Source of the DNA: Puia sp.
GTDB taxonomy: Bacteria > Bacteroidota > Bacteroidia > Chitinophagales > Chitinophagaceae
Direction of reading: 5' to 3'
NCBI GenBank assembly: GCA_035572015.1
Contig: DATNBP010000189.1
Span: forward strand, 12,979-76,978
Length of the DNA stretch: 64,000 nucleotides
A program made the translations under genes and the position numbers. Shown here piece by piece: positions 8,813-19,495 of the stretch. The notes below the pieces were generated by a model. That model did no database searches. It was not told the DNA's origin and worked only from the letters and a program-made list of their open reading frames with translations. Each line of letters begins with the position of its first letter. Position 1 is the stretch's first letter.

Positions 8813-11136
8813 TTTGTCGGATTGGAACTGTCTTTGGGAAGATCGGCCTTATCGGGCTCCGGCCGTGCTGACGAATCCTTTCCGGTCTGTCTCCGCGACA
8901 CCCGGCGCCGCCCTGTTGAGTCTTGCTGCCCGGCACCCGCGTCTTGCTGCCCCGCGCCGGAACCGCGCTCCGCCGCGCCCGGATCGTGGCGCCGCTCCGC
9001 GGAATCCGCATGGATGGCCTGGCTATCGGCCGCCTGCTCGCGCGCCTCTTGCGCCCGAATCTTCGCCAGCCTTTCCGCCAGCGCGCTTTTATATGGCGAC
9101 GGCTTGCGGAGGTTCGCCAGGATCGGGCTCCGTGAATCTTCCGAAGTATCGAGTAACATCCGGCGATAGGCGGGATCATGGTATTTCAGCCAACGGCTGC
9201 TGTCACCGGTCTCATCGGCCCAATCCGCGGCACGGATCGAATCGGCCTCGAACTGCTTCCGGACAAGATATTTCGGCATATAATTCCGCGTGGTCAGGTC
9301 GTCTTCCAACCCGAGCCGGTCGGTGGCGATGGTGTCCCGAAGGTATTTTTCCACGAGCAGCGAGGCGATAGGCGCTGCGACGGCGCTCCCATATCCTCCG
9401 TTCTCTACGATTACCGCCACCGCGATCTTCGGGTCCTCCCGCGGCGCGAAACAGGCGAACAGCGAGTGGTTCCGCAGCTTGATCACCCGCCCGTCGATGC
9501 GCTGCTTGTTTTCCGCGGTGCCCGTCTTCGCGCACATATTGATGCCCGGGATCCGTGCGACCCGGCCGGTGCCGATCTCGGTAACGCCCTGCATACCGCT
9601 CTGGACCACCTCATAGTCTTCGTCGGAGATATGGTTGACCACCTGGTGTTTGATATGGAAGCGGCTGAGCACCGTGTCGTCTTCCGGCGAGCCTTCGATA
9701 TTCCGCACAAAGTGCGGGGTGTAGTAAAATCCTTTGTTGGCCACGATGCACATCGCGTTGGCGATCTGCAGCGGCGTCTCCTGCATCTTGTCCTGTCCGA
9801 TGCCCATCGTCACCATCGTGCAGGAGTTCCAGGAGTGATGATAATCGCGGTCATACACCGATGTATCCGGAATGTTGCCGCCGTCTTCGCTGGGCAGGTC
9901 GACCCCGAGCCGGTGGCCGAGCCCGAAACCGTTCACGTATTCCTTCCAGCGCATCAGCCCGATCCGGGGGCTGTGGAACTCGGGGTTGTCGAGCTCCAGG
10001 CGAAAGGTATTGTAGAAAAAGGAATTGCAGGAGTTCGCGATCGCGAGCCGCAGGTCCGCCGCATGGCCTGGCTTGGTTTCATCACACCGCCGGACCTCCC
10101 CGCAGCCATAATAGAAACCGCGGCAATCGATCCCGCTGGCCGGGGTGATCACGCCTTCGTCGAGCCCGATCAGCGCGCCCAGGGGTTTGTAGGTGGACCC
10201 CGGAGGATATTGTCCCTTGATGGCCCGGTTGAGGAGCGGAGCCGAGACATCGAGGACCAGCCGCGCATAGTTGGCCTGTTTGTCGGGACCGGTCAGGCTA
10301 TTGGGGTCATAGGTCGGCCCGGAAGCCATGGCCAGGATACCGCCGGTCTTGGGATCGATACAGACGATCGCGCCGGTCTTGCCGTACAACAGCCTTTCAG
10401 CGAGCTGCTGGAGTTCGATGTCGAGATAGGTATCGAGGTTCTTGCCCGCAACGGCGGGCGTATCCAGCGATTTGTCCTGGTAGCGCTCCACGAGCCGGTT
10501 CTTATTATCCTTGAGCCAGAACTCGGTGCCGCGCTGCCCCATGAGCACTTTCTCATAGGATTGCTCGAGGCCGCTCCGGCCCACGTAATCGCCCAGTTGA
10601 TAGTAATTGTTGGACCTGCGGAGGATCGCGGAATCGACTTCACCGACATATCCGGTTACCTGCGCGGCCGCATTGAAAGGGTAGATCCGGACCGGGCGTT
10701 CCTGCAGGTTGAAACCGGGGAATTTCCAAAGGTTCTCTTCCATCCGGGCGTAGATCTCCGGCGCCAGGAGGTCTTCGAAGGTAACGGCGCGGAACAGGCT
10801 GTTCCGGATCTTCGAACTGCTCATCCGGCGGCGGAACTCCGCCGTATCCATATTCATCAGTTGGCAAAAATAGGCCGTATCGAGATTCTTGACCTGGGAC
10901 GGCGTCACCATCAGGTCATAGTAGATCGTGTTGTTGAGGATGGCTCGCCCCTTCCGGTCATAGATGATCCCTCGGGTCGGGTAGATGCTTTTCCGGTATA
11001 ACGCATTTTCCTGGGCCTGCTCCTTATATTTTTTCGAGATGATCTGCAGGTGGAAAAGCTGCGCCGCAATAATGAGGAACATTCCGGCGAAGATGAGCCG
11101 GATAATGTTGCTGCGCGATTGATTGAAAACGGGCAT
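8809..11136 (-). CDS. mrdA: Penicillin-binding protein 2 with long charged/low-complexity C-terminal tail
   Basis: PTRGIIYDRKG, PPGSTYK (SxxK), SCN, KTGTAE, in mre cluster. Confidence 0.94.
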   Translation of the reverse strand: MPVFNQSRSNIIRLIFAGMFLIIAAQLFHLQIISKKYKEQAQENALYRKSIYPTRGIIYDRKGRAILNNTIYYDLMVTPSQVKNLDTAYFCQLMNMDTAEFRRRMSSSKIRNSLFRAVTFEDLLAPEIYARMEENLWKFPGFNLQERPVRIYPFNAAAQVTGYVGEVDSAILRRSNNYYQLGDYVGRSGLEQSYEKVLMGQRGTEFWLKDNKNRLVERYQDKSLDTPAVAGKNLDTYLDIELQQLAERLLYGKTGAIVCIDPKTGGILAMASGPTYDPNSLTGPDKQANYARLVLDVSAPLLNRAIKGQYPPGSTYKPLGALIGLDEGVITPASGIDCRGFYYGCGEVRRCDETKPGHAADLRLAIANSCNSFFYNTFRLELDNPEFHSPRIGLMRWKEYVNGFGLGHRLGVDLPSEDGGNIPDTSVYDRDYHHSWNSCTMVTMGIGQDKMQETPLQIANAMCIVANKGFYYTPHFVRNIEGSPEDDTVLSRFHIKHQVVNHISDEDYEVVQSGMQGVTEIGTGRVARIPGINMCAKTGTAENKQRIDGRVIKLRNHSLFACFAPREDPKIAVAVIVENGGYGSAVAAPIASLLVEKYLRDTIATDRLGLEDDLTTRNYMPKYLVRKQFEADSIRAADWADETGDSSRWLKYHDPAYRRMLLDTSEDSRSPILANLRKPSPYKSALAERLAKIRAQEAREQAADSQAIHADSAERRHDPGAAERGSGAGQQDAGAGQQDSTGRRRVSRRQTGKDSSARPEPDKADLPKDSSNPTK

Positions 11137-11191
11137 ATGGAAAAACCTGCAATTTACGAAACCAGGGGTTCACTGAAACGTTAAATCGGCT

Positions 11192-11725
11192 TTAGATCGT
11201 ATTGGTCCTGAACTTTTGTTTGCGGAAAAACAGGATCTCCGTCAGCAGCACCAGCACCAGGCTCACGGCGGTCGACGAAATGACCTTTCCGACAAAGTAA
11301 ACAAAGGACCCGAAACTCATCCATTCCAACAGAACAAGGTAAGAATGGTGTAGCAGGGTGAGCACGAGGACATAGGTTCCGTAGGGCGCCCAGCCCATGC
11401 TGACGAAGGAGGGAGCGACATAGTTCTTATCGGCGCCCTCCTGGGAGATGAGCATTCCGATCACAAAGGGCCTGACATAGGCGATCAGGGTACAGGCTGC
11501 GGCATGGAGACCGGGCGTTTTAAGGAAGTAATCCAGGCAGAGCCCGTAGATGAAGCCGATAAAGGTAATCGACATCCTCGACAGTCCGAATGGCAGCCAC
11601 AGGATGTACAGGTAATACAGGTAAGGCGTGATGAAACGATGGAGCGGCGGCATCCGGGAAAGGATAAACACCTGGACCAGGATGAAGAGGATAAAACGGA
11701 TGATATTTTTCAGCAGTTCGCTCAT
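11192..11725 (-). CDS. mreD: Rod shape-determining protein MreD
   Basis: Hydrophobic 177 aa, GLCLDYF..TPGLHAAA, between mreC and mrdA. Confidence 0.88.
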   Translation of the reverse strand: MSELLKNIIRFILFILVQVFILSRMPPLHRFITPYLYYLYILWLPFGLSRMSITFIGFIYGLCLDYFLKTPGLHAAACTLIAYVRPFVIGMLISQEGADKNYVAPSFVSMGWAPYGTYVLVLTLLHHSYLVLLEWMSFGSFVYFVGKVISSTAVSLVLVLLTEILFFRKQKFRTNTI

Positions 11726-12567
11726 TGAAGTTTCTTGCGGGTAGAGTCCTCCAGCCGCCGCTGCTCGTCAGCCTGAAGGTTTTCGTACACATAGGCAAAT
11801 TCGAGGTTGGAGAAGTTGGTGGCGGGCCGAAGCCTCAGCGAATAGAAATTCGTCGTGTTGTCGGGAACGATTTCCGTTATCGTTCCCACCATCAGGTTGG
11901 CGGGGAGAATAAAGGTGATCGGGCTCGTCTGGACAGTATCGCCCACCGCGACGCTGGCGCTCCGCGGGATCCCCCGCATCGTGAAGCTATTGGTGTTGAC
12001 GCCGTCCCAGGATACCGTGCCCGTTTCGCCGCCCTTCTTCAGTCTCGCCACCACCTTGAACTGCGGATGGAGCATGCTCATGACGATCGCGAAGTTCTCG
12101 CTTACATTGATGACCTGCCCCACGATTCCCCGGGGACCGGCCACGCCCATATTGGGCCGTACACCCTGGCGGAACCCGCGGTGGAGTGTCAGGTAGTTGG
12201 TCTTCAGGGAGGTCGTGTTGTTGACGACCTTGGCCTCCATCACGAGCCATTTGCGGACGGAGTCCGTGCGGACCGAGTCACGAAAAAGCCGCTGGGCGGA
12301 ATCAGGCGCCGCGAAGTCGTCATGCAGTTGGTTCCGCAGCTGTGCGTTCTCCTGCACCAGGGCTTCGTTGGACTTCTTCAATTGGAAGTAATACTCGATA
12401 TTGTTGTATTTCTCGTTGAGCCGGCCGGTCAGTTCCGTGCTTACGCTGAGGAAGGCGGCTTCGTGGAAACTATTGAACCGAAAGAGGAAAGACAGCGCCA
12501 CGATCTGCAACACCAGAAAGAAGAGGAAGTTGATGTGCCTTCTGATGAAGAGAAAAACGTTACGCAC
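11722..12567 (-). CDS. mreC: Rod shape-determining protein MreC
   Basis: N-terminal TM, coiled coil (LVQENAQLR), GIVGQV, VGDTVQTS. Confidence 0.92.
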   Translation of the reverse strand: MRNVFLFIRRHINFLFFLVLQIVALSFLFRFNSFHEAAFLSVSTELTGRLNEKYNNIEYYFQLKKSNEALVQENAQLRNQLHDDFAAPDSAQRLFRDSVRTDSVRKWLVMEAKVVNNTTSLKTNYLTLHRGFRQGVRPNMGVAGPRGIVGQVINVSENFAIVMSMLHPQFKVVARLKKGGETGTVSWDGVNTNSFTMRGIPRSASVAVGDTVQTSPITFILPANLMVGTITEIVPDNTTNFYSLRLRPATNFSNLEFAYVYENLQADEQRRLEDSTRKKLQ

Positions 12568-12603
12568 CGGTAGCTGGTTTATTTCGAGGTTTGCAGGAAG
12601 GCC

Positions 12604-13629
12604 CTATCGCATGACGAAGGGATACCTGTCGTAATTTTTCAGGGCGATCCCTGTTCCACGGACGACGCTCTTCAGGGGGTCGTCGGCGATATGTACGGGT
12701 AGTTTGATCTTTTGGCTCAGGCGCTTGTCCAGGCCCCGAAGCAGGGCGCCGCCACCGGTCAGGTAGAGGCCGCGCCGGTAAATATCGCCGGCCAGCTCGG
12801 GAGGTGTCGTCTCCAGCGCCTTCAGGATGGCTTCCTCGATCTTGAAGATGCTCTTGTCGAGCGCTTCAGCGATCTCCTGATAAGAAACCATGATCTGTTT
12901 GGGTATGCCTGTCACCAGGTCCCGGCCGTTAACCGGGATGTCGTCGGGTGGATTGTCGAGGTCCTTCAATGCGGCGCCGATCTGGATCTTGATCTGCTCG
13001 GCCGTCCGCTCGCCGATGAGGAGGCTGTGGTACCGCCGCAGGGCTTCCATGATGTCCGCCGTGAATTCGTCGCCTGCTATCCGGATAGACTGATCGCAGA
13101 CGATCCCCGCCAGCGCGATCACGGTGATGCCCGTGGTGCCGCCGCCGATATCGATGATCATATTTCCGACCGGCTCCTCCACGTCGATCCCGATGCCGAG
13201 CGCCGCCGCCATCGGCTCATGAATGAGGTAGACTTCCTTGGCGCCCGCCTGCTCGGCGCTGTCCCGGACGGCCCGCTTTTCGACCTCGGTGATACTGGAC
13301 GGGATACAGATCATCATTCTCCAGCTCGGCGGGAAAAGCGGCTTTTTGGGATAGATCATTTTGATCATCTCGCGGATCATCAGTTCCGCCGCGTTGAAAT
13401 CTGCGATAACGCCGTCCTTGAGGGGGCGGACGGTCCGGATACTTTCGTGGGTCTTTTCGTGCATCATCAGGGCCCGTTTGCCGACGGCGAGCACGTTCTT
13501 GGGATTATTCCGGTCAAGGGCTACGATGCTGGGCTCATTTACCACGATTTCATCATTGTGAATGATCAGGGTATTGGCGGTACCCAGGTCCATGGCTATT
13601 TCTTGCGTAAGGAAATTGAATAATCCCAT
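12604..13629 (-). CDS. mreB: Actin-like MreB
   Basis: DLGTANT, PLKDGVIADF, EPMAAALG, DIGGGTT, LTGGGALLRG. Confidence 0.97.
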   Translation of the reverse strand: MGLFNFLTQEIAMDLGTANTLIIHNDEIVVNEPSIVALDRNNPKNVLAVGKRALMMHEKTHESIRTVRPLKDGVIADFNAAELMIREMIKMIYPKKPLFPPSWRMMICIPSSITEVEKRAVRDSAEQAGAKEVYLIHEPMAAALGIGIDVEEPVGNMIIDIGGGTTGITVIALAGIVCDQSIRIAGDEFTADIMEALRRYHSLLIGERTAEQIKIQIGAALKDLDNPPDDIPVNGRDLVTGIPKQIMVSYQEIAEALDKSIFKIEEAILKALETTPPELAGDIYRRGLYLTGGGALLRGLDKRLSQKIKLPVHIADDPLKSVVRGTGIALKNYDRYPFVMR

Positions 13630-13865
13630 TTGTGTATAGGTCAGATTTTAAGTTCTAAATGGTAACGCCCTGCCGACCAAGCAGGCTGCGCCTGCTTTTG
13701 TGCAGCAAAATTGAAGGAAATAATTTGAATTAACAAGGTGAAATCCTTTATTTTCCTCCACGCCGTACGATCCCCATCAGAACGATAAAACTTTATTGAT
13801 CGTATCCCGGCGGGTTATAAAATGATTGGCTGCGGCGTTTCTCCTGCCGGCGCGTCCCGTCCTTG

Positions 13866-15146
13866 TCACAGGAATTCATATCCGATGTCCCGCCGGTAAA
13901 AGATCCCTTCATAGTGGATCCGCTCGAGGACTTCCCGGGATTTATCGACCGCCTCGTATACGGTCTCGGCAAAAGAGGTAACGCAAAGCACCCGGCCGCC
14001 ATTCGTCACGACGCCGCCGCCTTCGGCACGGGTGCCTGCCTGAAAGACGAGACTGTCCGCCGGTACGGGCTGGTCGAGACCGGTAACCGGGAGGCCTTTT
14101 TCATACGAGCCCGGATAGCCGCCGCTGACGGCCACGATCGTGCAGGCGATCCGCGGGTCCTGTCCGACCCGGCAGGCTCCGAGCGATTGATCGGCCACTG
14201 CCTGGAACAGCGCCACGAGGTCGTTGGTCAGCCTGGGCATCACCACCTCGGTTTCGGGGTCGCCCATCCGGCAGTTATATTCGATGACATAAGGCGCTTC
14301 GCCCACCTTGATGACACCGATGAACAGGAAGCCTTTATAGTCGATCTTCTCTTCCCGCAGACCTTCGACGGTCGGTACGATGATCCTGTCGGTCACCTTT
14401 TGCATAAAAGCGGCATCGGCGAAAGGAACGGGGCTGACCGCCCCCATCCCCCCGGTATTCGGTCCCTTGTCGCCTTCATAGATGCGTTTGTAGTCCTTGG
14501 CCTCCGGCAGCAACAGGTAATTCCGGCCGTCCAGCAAGACAAAAACCGATAGTTCGATGCCGGTGAGGAATTCCTCGACCACTACTTTGCTCCCTGCCTC
14601 ACCGAATTTGTTTCCCTGCAACATCAGCTCGAATTCCGCAACCGCTTCCACGTGGTTCTGGCAGATCACCACCCCCTTTCCCGCCGCCAGCCCGTCGGCT
14701 TTGAGGACGATGGGCAGGGGATGCTGCCGCAGGTAGGCGATCCCTTCCGCGAGATTTCCGGAATGGAACTCCCGGTATGCGGCCGTCGGAATGCCATGGC
14801 GGTCCATGAATTTCTTCGAAAACGCCTTGCTCCCTTCGAGCTGGGCGCCGGCCGCCGAAGGTCCGATCACCGGTATGCCGCGGAGGGCGGGGTCAGCCGC
14901 AAAAAAATCGACGATGCCTTTCACCAGGGGTTCCTCAGGTCCGACAACCACCATTCCGATGCCCTCGGTGACGCAATGCTGCCGGACACGGTCGAAGTCC
15001 AGCGGGGAAAGATCGACATTGGTCCCGCAAGCGGCGGTCCCGGCATTTCCGGGCGCAATATGCAGGGACGAGCAAAGCGGACTTTGAGTGAGTTTCCACG
15101 CGAGCGCGTGTTCCCTGCCTCCGGAACCTAGCAGTAAGATCTTCAT
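13866..15146 (-). CDS. purD: Phosphoribosylamine--glycine ligase
   Basis: GSGGREHALAW, KADGLAAGKGV, GPNTGGMGA, EYNCRMGDPE. Start ATG 15146. Confidence 0.97.
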   Translation of the reverse strand: MKILLLGSGGREHALAWKLTQSPLCSSLHIAPGNAGTAACGTNVDLSPLDFDRVRQHCVTEGIGMVVVGPEEPLVKGIVDFFAADPALRGIPVIGPSAAGAQLEGSKAFSKKFMDRHGIPTAAYREFHSGNLAEGIAYLRQHPLPIVLKADGLAAGKGVVICQNHVEAVAEFELMLQGNKFGEAGSKVVVEEFLTGIELSVFVLLDGRNYLLLPEAKDYKRIYEGDKGPNTGGMGAVSPVPFADAAFMQKVTDRIIVPTVEGLREEKIDYKGFLFIGVIKVGEAPYVIEYNCRMGDPETEVVMPRLTNDLVALFQAVADQSLGACRVGQDPRIACTIVAVSGGYPGSYEKGLPVTGLDQPVPADSLVFQAGTRAEGGGVVTNGGRVLCVTSFAETVYEAVDKSREVLERIHYEGIFYRRDIGYEFL

Positions 15147-15255
15147 ACAGCCCCGAAATTCGAATTTCAGGCGCAAATTGTAAAAAAGAATTTATTTTCG
15201 GCCCCGCGAGCCTCTTCAGGCGGTTCGCCCAACCGGTCAATTAATTCCAGATTGC

Positions 15256-16923
15256 ATGAGCCAAGCCACCGCCCCCAGGGCCAAACATCCGAGAGGCCTC
15301 TATGTATTGTTTATGACAGAAATGTGGGAACGGTTCGCTTACTACCTCCTGGCGGGCATCCTGCTGTTATACCTGAAGAACGGGAAGCAGTTTACTCCGG
15401 AACGGGCGGCCGATATCACGGGTAGCTTTATCGCCCTGATCTGGCTTCCGCTCTTCATCGGCGGCATGATCGCAGACCGGTACCTGGGATATATCAAGTC
15501 CATTTTTATCGGCGGGGGCCTGTTGGCGGCCGGCTATCTGGGGCTCATTTTGCCGGGCGACACCGCCATGTTCATCTCCCTGGGACTGGTGATCTGCGGA
15601 AACGGCTTCTTCAAACCAAATATCAGCACCCTTTTGGGTAATATCTATAACCGGGAAGACCTGAAACCGATAAAGGATAACGCCTATAATATCTTTTATA
15701 TGGGCATTAATATAGGCGCGCTCATCTGCAATTTTGTAGCGGCCTATCTCCGGAACAAATACGGGTGGGGGTATGCATTCGGGGCCGCCGGGGTGGGAAT
15801 GATCATAGGGCTGATCAATTTTGGCTCCAACCTGAAGCACGTCAGGGTCGGGAACGTCCGGCGGGAGCCTCAAAAAGAGGACATGAACCTCTCCCAGATC
15901 CTGCTGTATGTGTTTTGCCCGGGCATCCTGGCCGCCATCATCGGGTATTATTTGCCCGGGAAGCTGTTTCATACGACGATCATGGGTAGCCCGTCCAGCG
16001 ATGCTTTTGTTTTCGCCTGCATCCCGGTCATTGCGTTTTTCGTGTCGATCTGGGTAAAGGCGCGGGGGCAAGACAAGAAGGGGATCGGTGCCTTATTGTT
16101 CATTTTTATGGTCTCCGTCATCTTTTGGGCGATCTATTACCAGAATTTTACCGCCTTTTCCTTGTGGGCGGACCAGCATACGGACCGGACGGTCTCCACC
16201 CGGCTTGTCGAAAAGGGCGCCGACTTCATGGGACAGCTGCAATCGGTGAACACGACGCTACGGCTCGTCATCCAGGTAGATTCCAACCTGGAGCCGGTGA
16301 AGGACGACAGCGGCCACCTCCGAAAGGTCATGGGCCCGGACCCGTATTTCAACAATATTCCCCGGGCCGACTGGCCTCCGCCCGGCGAGAACGTGAAGCT
16401 GGTCAACCCGGAACTCTTCGAATCCATCGGCCCCTTCTTTATCGTCTCACTGACGCCTCTGCTCGTGGCAGGGTTCCGATATCTTCGGAAGAGAAAAAAG
16501 GAACCCTCCACAGCCAGTAAATTCGGGATTGCGCTTTTTCTCGCTGGCCTGTCTTCCATCGTCATGCTTTTTGCGGTGATGTCGGTACCCTCCATCTACC
16601 GGTTCAAGGTATCCCCCGGCTGGCTGTGGGGAACCTACTTTGTCATAACCGCAGCCGAGATATTCCTCAGTCCTATCGGGCTCTCGCTCGTCTCCAAATT
16701 GGCGCCGGCGCGGCTGACATCCTTATTGATGGGAGGGTGGTTCCTGACCATGTCATTGGGTAGCAAAGTCGCGGGGCTGATGACCAGCTCATGGGGCAAG
16801 TTCCCGGATAAGCGGGTCTATTTTTTCGTTTGGTTCGTAGCTGCCGTGATCGGTGGTGTATTGATTTTCAGCCGGATCCGGCCACTGAACTCCGTCTTGA
16901 GGGAAAAGACCGGCGAGGCCTAA
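15256..16923 (+). CDS. Proton-dependent oligopeptide transporter (POT/PTR, MFS)
   Basis: EMWERFAYY, GNGFFKPN, FYMGINIG, EIFLSPIGLS. Confidence 0.93.
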   Translation: MSQATAPRAKHPRGLYVLFMTEMWERFAYYLLAGILLLYLKNGKQFTPERAADITGSFIALIWLPLFIGGMIADRYLGYIKSIFIGGGLLAAGYLGLILPGDTAMFISLGLVICGNGFFKPNISTLLGNIYNREDLKPIKDNAYNIFYMGINIGALICNFVAAYLRNKYGWGYAFGAAGVGMIIGLINFGSNLKHVRVGNVRREPQKEDMNLSQILLYVFCPGILAAIIGYYLPGKLFHTTIMGSPSSDAFVFACIPVIAFFVSIWVKARGQDKKGIGALLFIFMVSVIFWAIYYQNFTAFSLWADQHTDRTVSTRLVEKGADFMGQLQSVNTTLRLVIQVDSNLEPVKDDSGHLRKVMGPDPYFNNIPRADWPPPGENVKLVNPELFESIGPFFIVSLTPLLVAGFRYLRKRKKEPSTASKFGIALFLAGLSSIVMLFAVMSVPSIYRFKVSPGWLWGTYFVITAAEIFLSPIGLSLVSKLAPARLTSLLMGGWFLTMSLGSKVAGLMTSSWGKFPDKRVYFFVWFVAAVIGGVLIFSRIRPLNSVLREKTGEA

Positions 16924-16957
16924 AAAAAGGTTGAGTTTCTAAACAAAATCACCTGGA

Positions 16958-19009
16958 ATGTCTGGAAAGAAATTCGAACCATTTGTGAGCGCGCAGACCC
17001 AAATGAAGGAATTTACCTTCCGCGCGGTATTGGCTGGCAGCATATTTGGGATTATTTTCGGCGCTTCCACCGTTTACCTCGCGCTAAAGGCCGGATTGAC
17101 CGTCTCCGCATCCATTCCCATCGCCGTACTGGCCATCACGCTGGGCCGCAAGCTGCTGAAGACCACTATTCTGGAAAACAACATCATCCAAACCACGGGC
17201 AGCGCCAGCGAAAGCATCGCGGCAGGCGTCGTCTTCACTTTGCCGGGCTTCCTGTTCCTGTCGACCGCAGAAGCCGGAAGCTTTTTCAACTATGCGGTGA
17301 TCTTTATTATTGCCATCTTTGGCGGATTCCTGGGCGTTCTGCTGATGATACCACTCCGGAGATCGCTGATCGTCAAGGAACATGAGACACTTCCCTACCC
17401 CGAGGGCACGGCCTGCGCTTCCGTGCTGAAGGCCGGTGAAAAAGGCGGCGATTTTGCAAAAGCCGCGTTTCAGGGGCTTGGATTCGCCGTCGTTTACGCC
17501 CTTGGACAGAAACTGTTTCGTTTTATTGCGGAGACTCCGTTGTTCGATACCGTCAAAAGTAAGGGGCTGAACGGGATCTTCCCTTCCGCCCAGATCTCAG
17601 CGGATATAACTCCGGAATATATGGGGGTCGGCTACATCGTCGGACCGCGGATCGCGGGCATCCTGGTGGCGGGCGGAGTATTGAGCTGGCTGGTTTTTAA
17701 TCCGCTGCTCGCTTCCCTGATCGACCCCATGACAATCGCTCACCAGCAGGTCAAGCTGGGTTTGCTGACGGATCTCCATACGATTGGCGGCGCGGGGGGC
17801 TGGGACCCGCTCACAAAGACTTTCGCCGATCCCGCAACGGCCATTTACCGCGCCTATATCCGCCTGATCGGCGCGGGCGCGGTCGCCATGGGCGGCTTAA
17901 TCACCCTGATCAAGACCGTGCCGACCATCGTCGCGTCTTTTAAAGAGAGCATGGGCTCTGTGAAAGAAGCCAGCAAGGAGAGCCGCATCCGCACTGAGCG
18001 GGACCTGAGCATTAAGGTCGTGGCATTCGGCAGTCTCGCGCTGGTCATCCTGATCGGTTGTCTGAGCATCATCCCCGGCGATTCTTTCTTCAGCCGGCTG
18101 CTGATCGGGGTGCTGATCCTGGTCTTCGGCGCCTTTTTTGTAACGGTCGCCAGCCGCATCGTCGGCATCATCGGGTCTTCGAACAGCCCGGTCTCGGGGA
18201 TGACGATCGCGACCGTGATGGCTACCTGTCTGGTCTTCCTGGCGATCGGCTGGAGCGGGAAGGTATACGAACCCATGGCGCTGGTCGTGGGAGGGATGGT
18301 CTGTGTCGCCGCTTCGAATGCGGGCGGCACGTCGCAGGACCTGAAGACCGGTTTCCTCGTCGGGGCGACGCCGCGATACCAACAGTTGGCGCTGATCATT
18401 GGAGTCGTTGTCTCTACCGTCGCGGTCGGTTTTACCATCAAGGTGCTGGACACGCCCACACCCGAACTGGTCGCCCGCGGCGTTCACCACGCGATTGGAA
18501 CCACCTTTCCGGCGCCGCAGGCAACCTTGATGGCCACCCTGATCAAAGGGATAGAGTCGCGAAACCTGGACTGGAATTACGTACTGGTCGGCGCCGCCCT
18601 TGCGCTCGTCGTGGAACTTTGCGGCGTCAGGTCGCTCAGCTTCGCCATCGGGGTGTACCTCCCGTTGTCCACCACCCTGCCGATCTTTGTCGGCGGCGCC
18701 ATCCGCGGTCTTGTCGACAAGGTGAAAAAGAAAAGAGGGGAAAGCTTTTCCGAAGTGGGCGAGGACCTCGAGAAAGGTAACCTCTTCGCCACGGGTCTGG
18801 TGGCCGGAGGCGCCCTGATGGGGGTCGTCTTCGCCTTTTTGCGCATCCCCGAAAAAGTGGTGGCCTTCATGAACAAGCTCAGCCTTGAAGCGACGCTCAC
18901 AAAGGCCCTGAGCCAACCGGGTTATTATCTGCTGGGCGTTGCGTTTTTTGCGGCAATGGGGATCGCGTTGTACAGGGCGGGGGTCTCAAAACAGCAACCC
19001 GTGGCTTAA
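16958..19009 (+). CDS. OPT-family oligopeptide transporter
   Basis: LKAGLTVSASIP, ENNIIQT, LPYPEGTA, SNSPVSGMTI, QDLKTG, APQATLM. Confidence 0.93.
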   Translation: MSGKKFEPFVSAQTQMKEFTFRAVLAGSIFGIIFGASTVYLALKAGLTVSASIPIAVLAITLGRKLLKTTILENNIIQTTGSASESIAAGVVFTLPGFLFLSTAEAGSFFNYAVIFIIAIFGGFLGVLLMIPLRRSLIVKEHETLPYPEGTACASVLKAGEKGGDFAKAAFQGLGFAVVYALGQKLFRFIAETPLFDTVKSKGLNGIFPSAQISADITPEYMGVGYIVGPRIAGILVAGGVLSWLVFNPLLASLIDPMTIAHQQVKLGLLTDLHTIGGAGGWDPLTKTFADPATAIYRAYIRLIGAGAVAMGGLITLIKTVPTIVASFKESMGSVKEASKESRIRTERDLSIKVVAFGSLALVILIGCLSIIPGDSFFSRLLIGVLILVFGAFFVTVASRIVGIIGSSNSPVSGMTIATVMATCLVFLAIGWSGKVYEPMALVVGGMVCVAASNAGGTSQDLKTGFLVGATPRYQQLALIIGVVVSTVAVGFTIKVLDTPTPELVARGVHHAIGTTFPAPQATLMATLIKGIESRNLDWNYVLVGAALALVVELCGVRSLSFAIGVYLPLSTTLPIFVGGAIRGLVDKVKKKRGESFSEVGEDLEKGNLFATGLVAGGALMGVVFAFLRIPEKVVAFMNKLSLEATLTKALSQPGYYLLGVAFFAAMGIALYRAGVSKQQPVA

Positions 19010-19028
19010 AAAGTGGCGACCGCCGGGA

Positions 19029-19418
19029 TCAGCTCATCTTGAACGGAACGATCATTTCAAAGACGGGGATATTCACCTCGAAGGACTTTTTGTTGTGGAG
19101 GTTCTCCATGGTATAGGAGCCGTACATTTTTCCCATCTCTGTGCGAAGGTTGCAACCGCTGACATACTGATACCGCTCGCCGGGCTGGAGCACCGGCTGC
19201 ACCCCGACGACCCCCTCGCCTTCGACTTCCCGGTAACTGCCGTTGCTGTCAAATATGTGCCAGTGGCGGCGATGCAATTTTACGGCAAAACCATTATGGT
19301 TCTCGATGGTTATCCGATAGGCAAACATGTATTCTCCTGAAATGGGGTTGGAGTAATCCGGCTGATAGAACGTCTCCACGCTTACCTCCATCCCCTCAGA
19401 GATCTTGTTAGCCATCAT
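19029..19418 (-). CDS. apaG: ApaG domain protein
   Basis: FAYRITIEN, RHWHI, VEGEGVVGVQP, YVSGC. Confidence 0.94.
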   Translation of the reverse strand: MMANKISEGMEVSVETFYQPDYSNPISGEYMFAYRITIENHNGFAVKLHRRHWHIFDSNGSYREVEGEGVVGVQPVLQPGERYQYVSGCNLRTEMGKMYGSYTMENLHNKKSFEVNIPVFEMIVPFKMS

Positions 19419-19495
19419 AACCAAATTTTCCTAAAGTTAATTAAAATAGCCACAAACAGGGTTAATTTTGCGGACGAATTGAAAAAGAACCAAAT

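Noticed and set aside
9178-11001. Long antisense or alternative-frame ORFs (e.g. 9178-11001, 28919-30427, 20923-22374, 57501-58775, 31125-32201)
   Set aside because: Shadow ORFs of well-supported genes caused by high GC3. No recognisable motifs.
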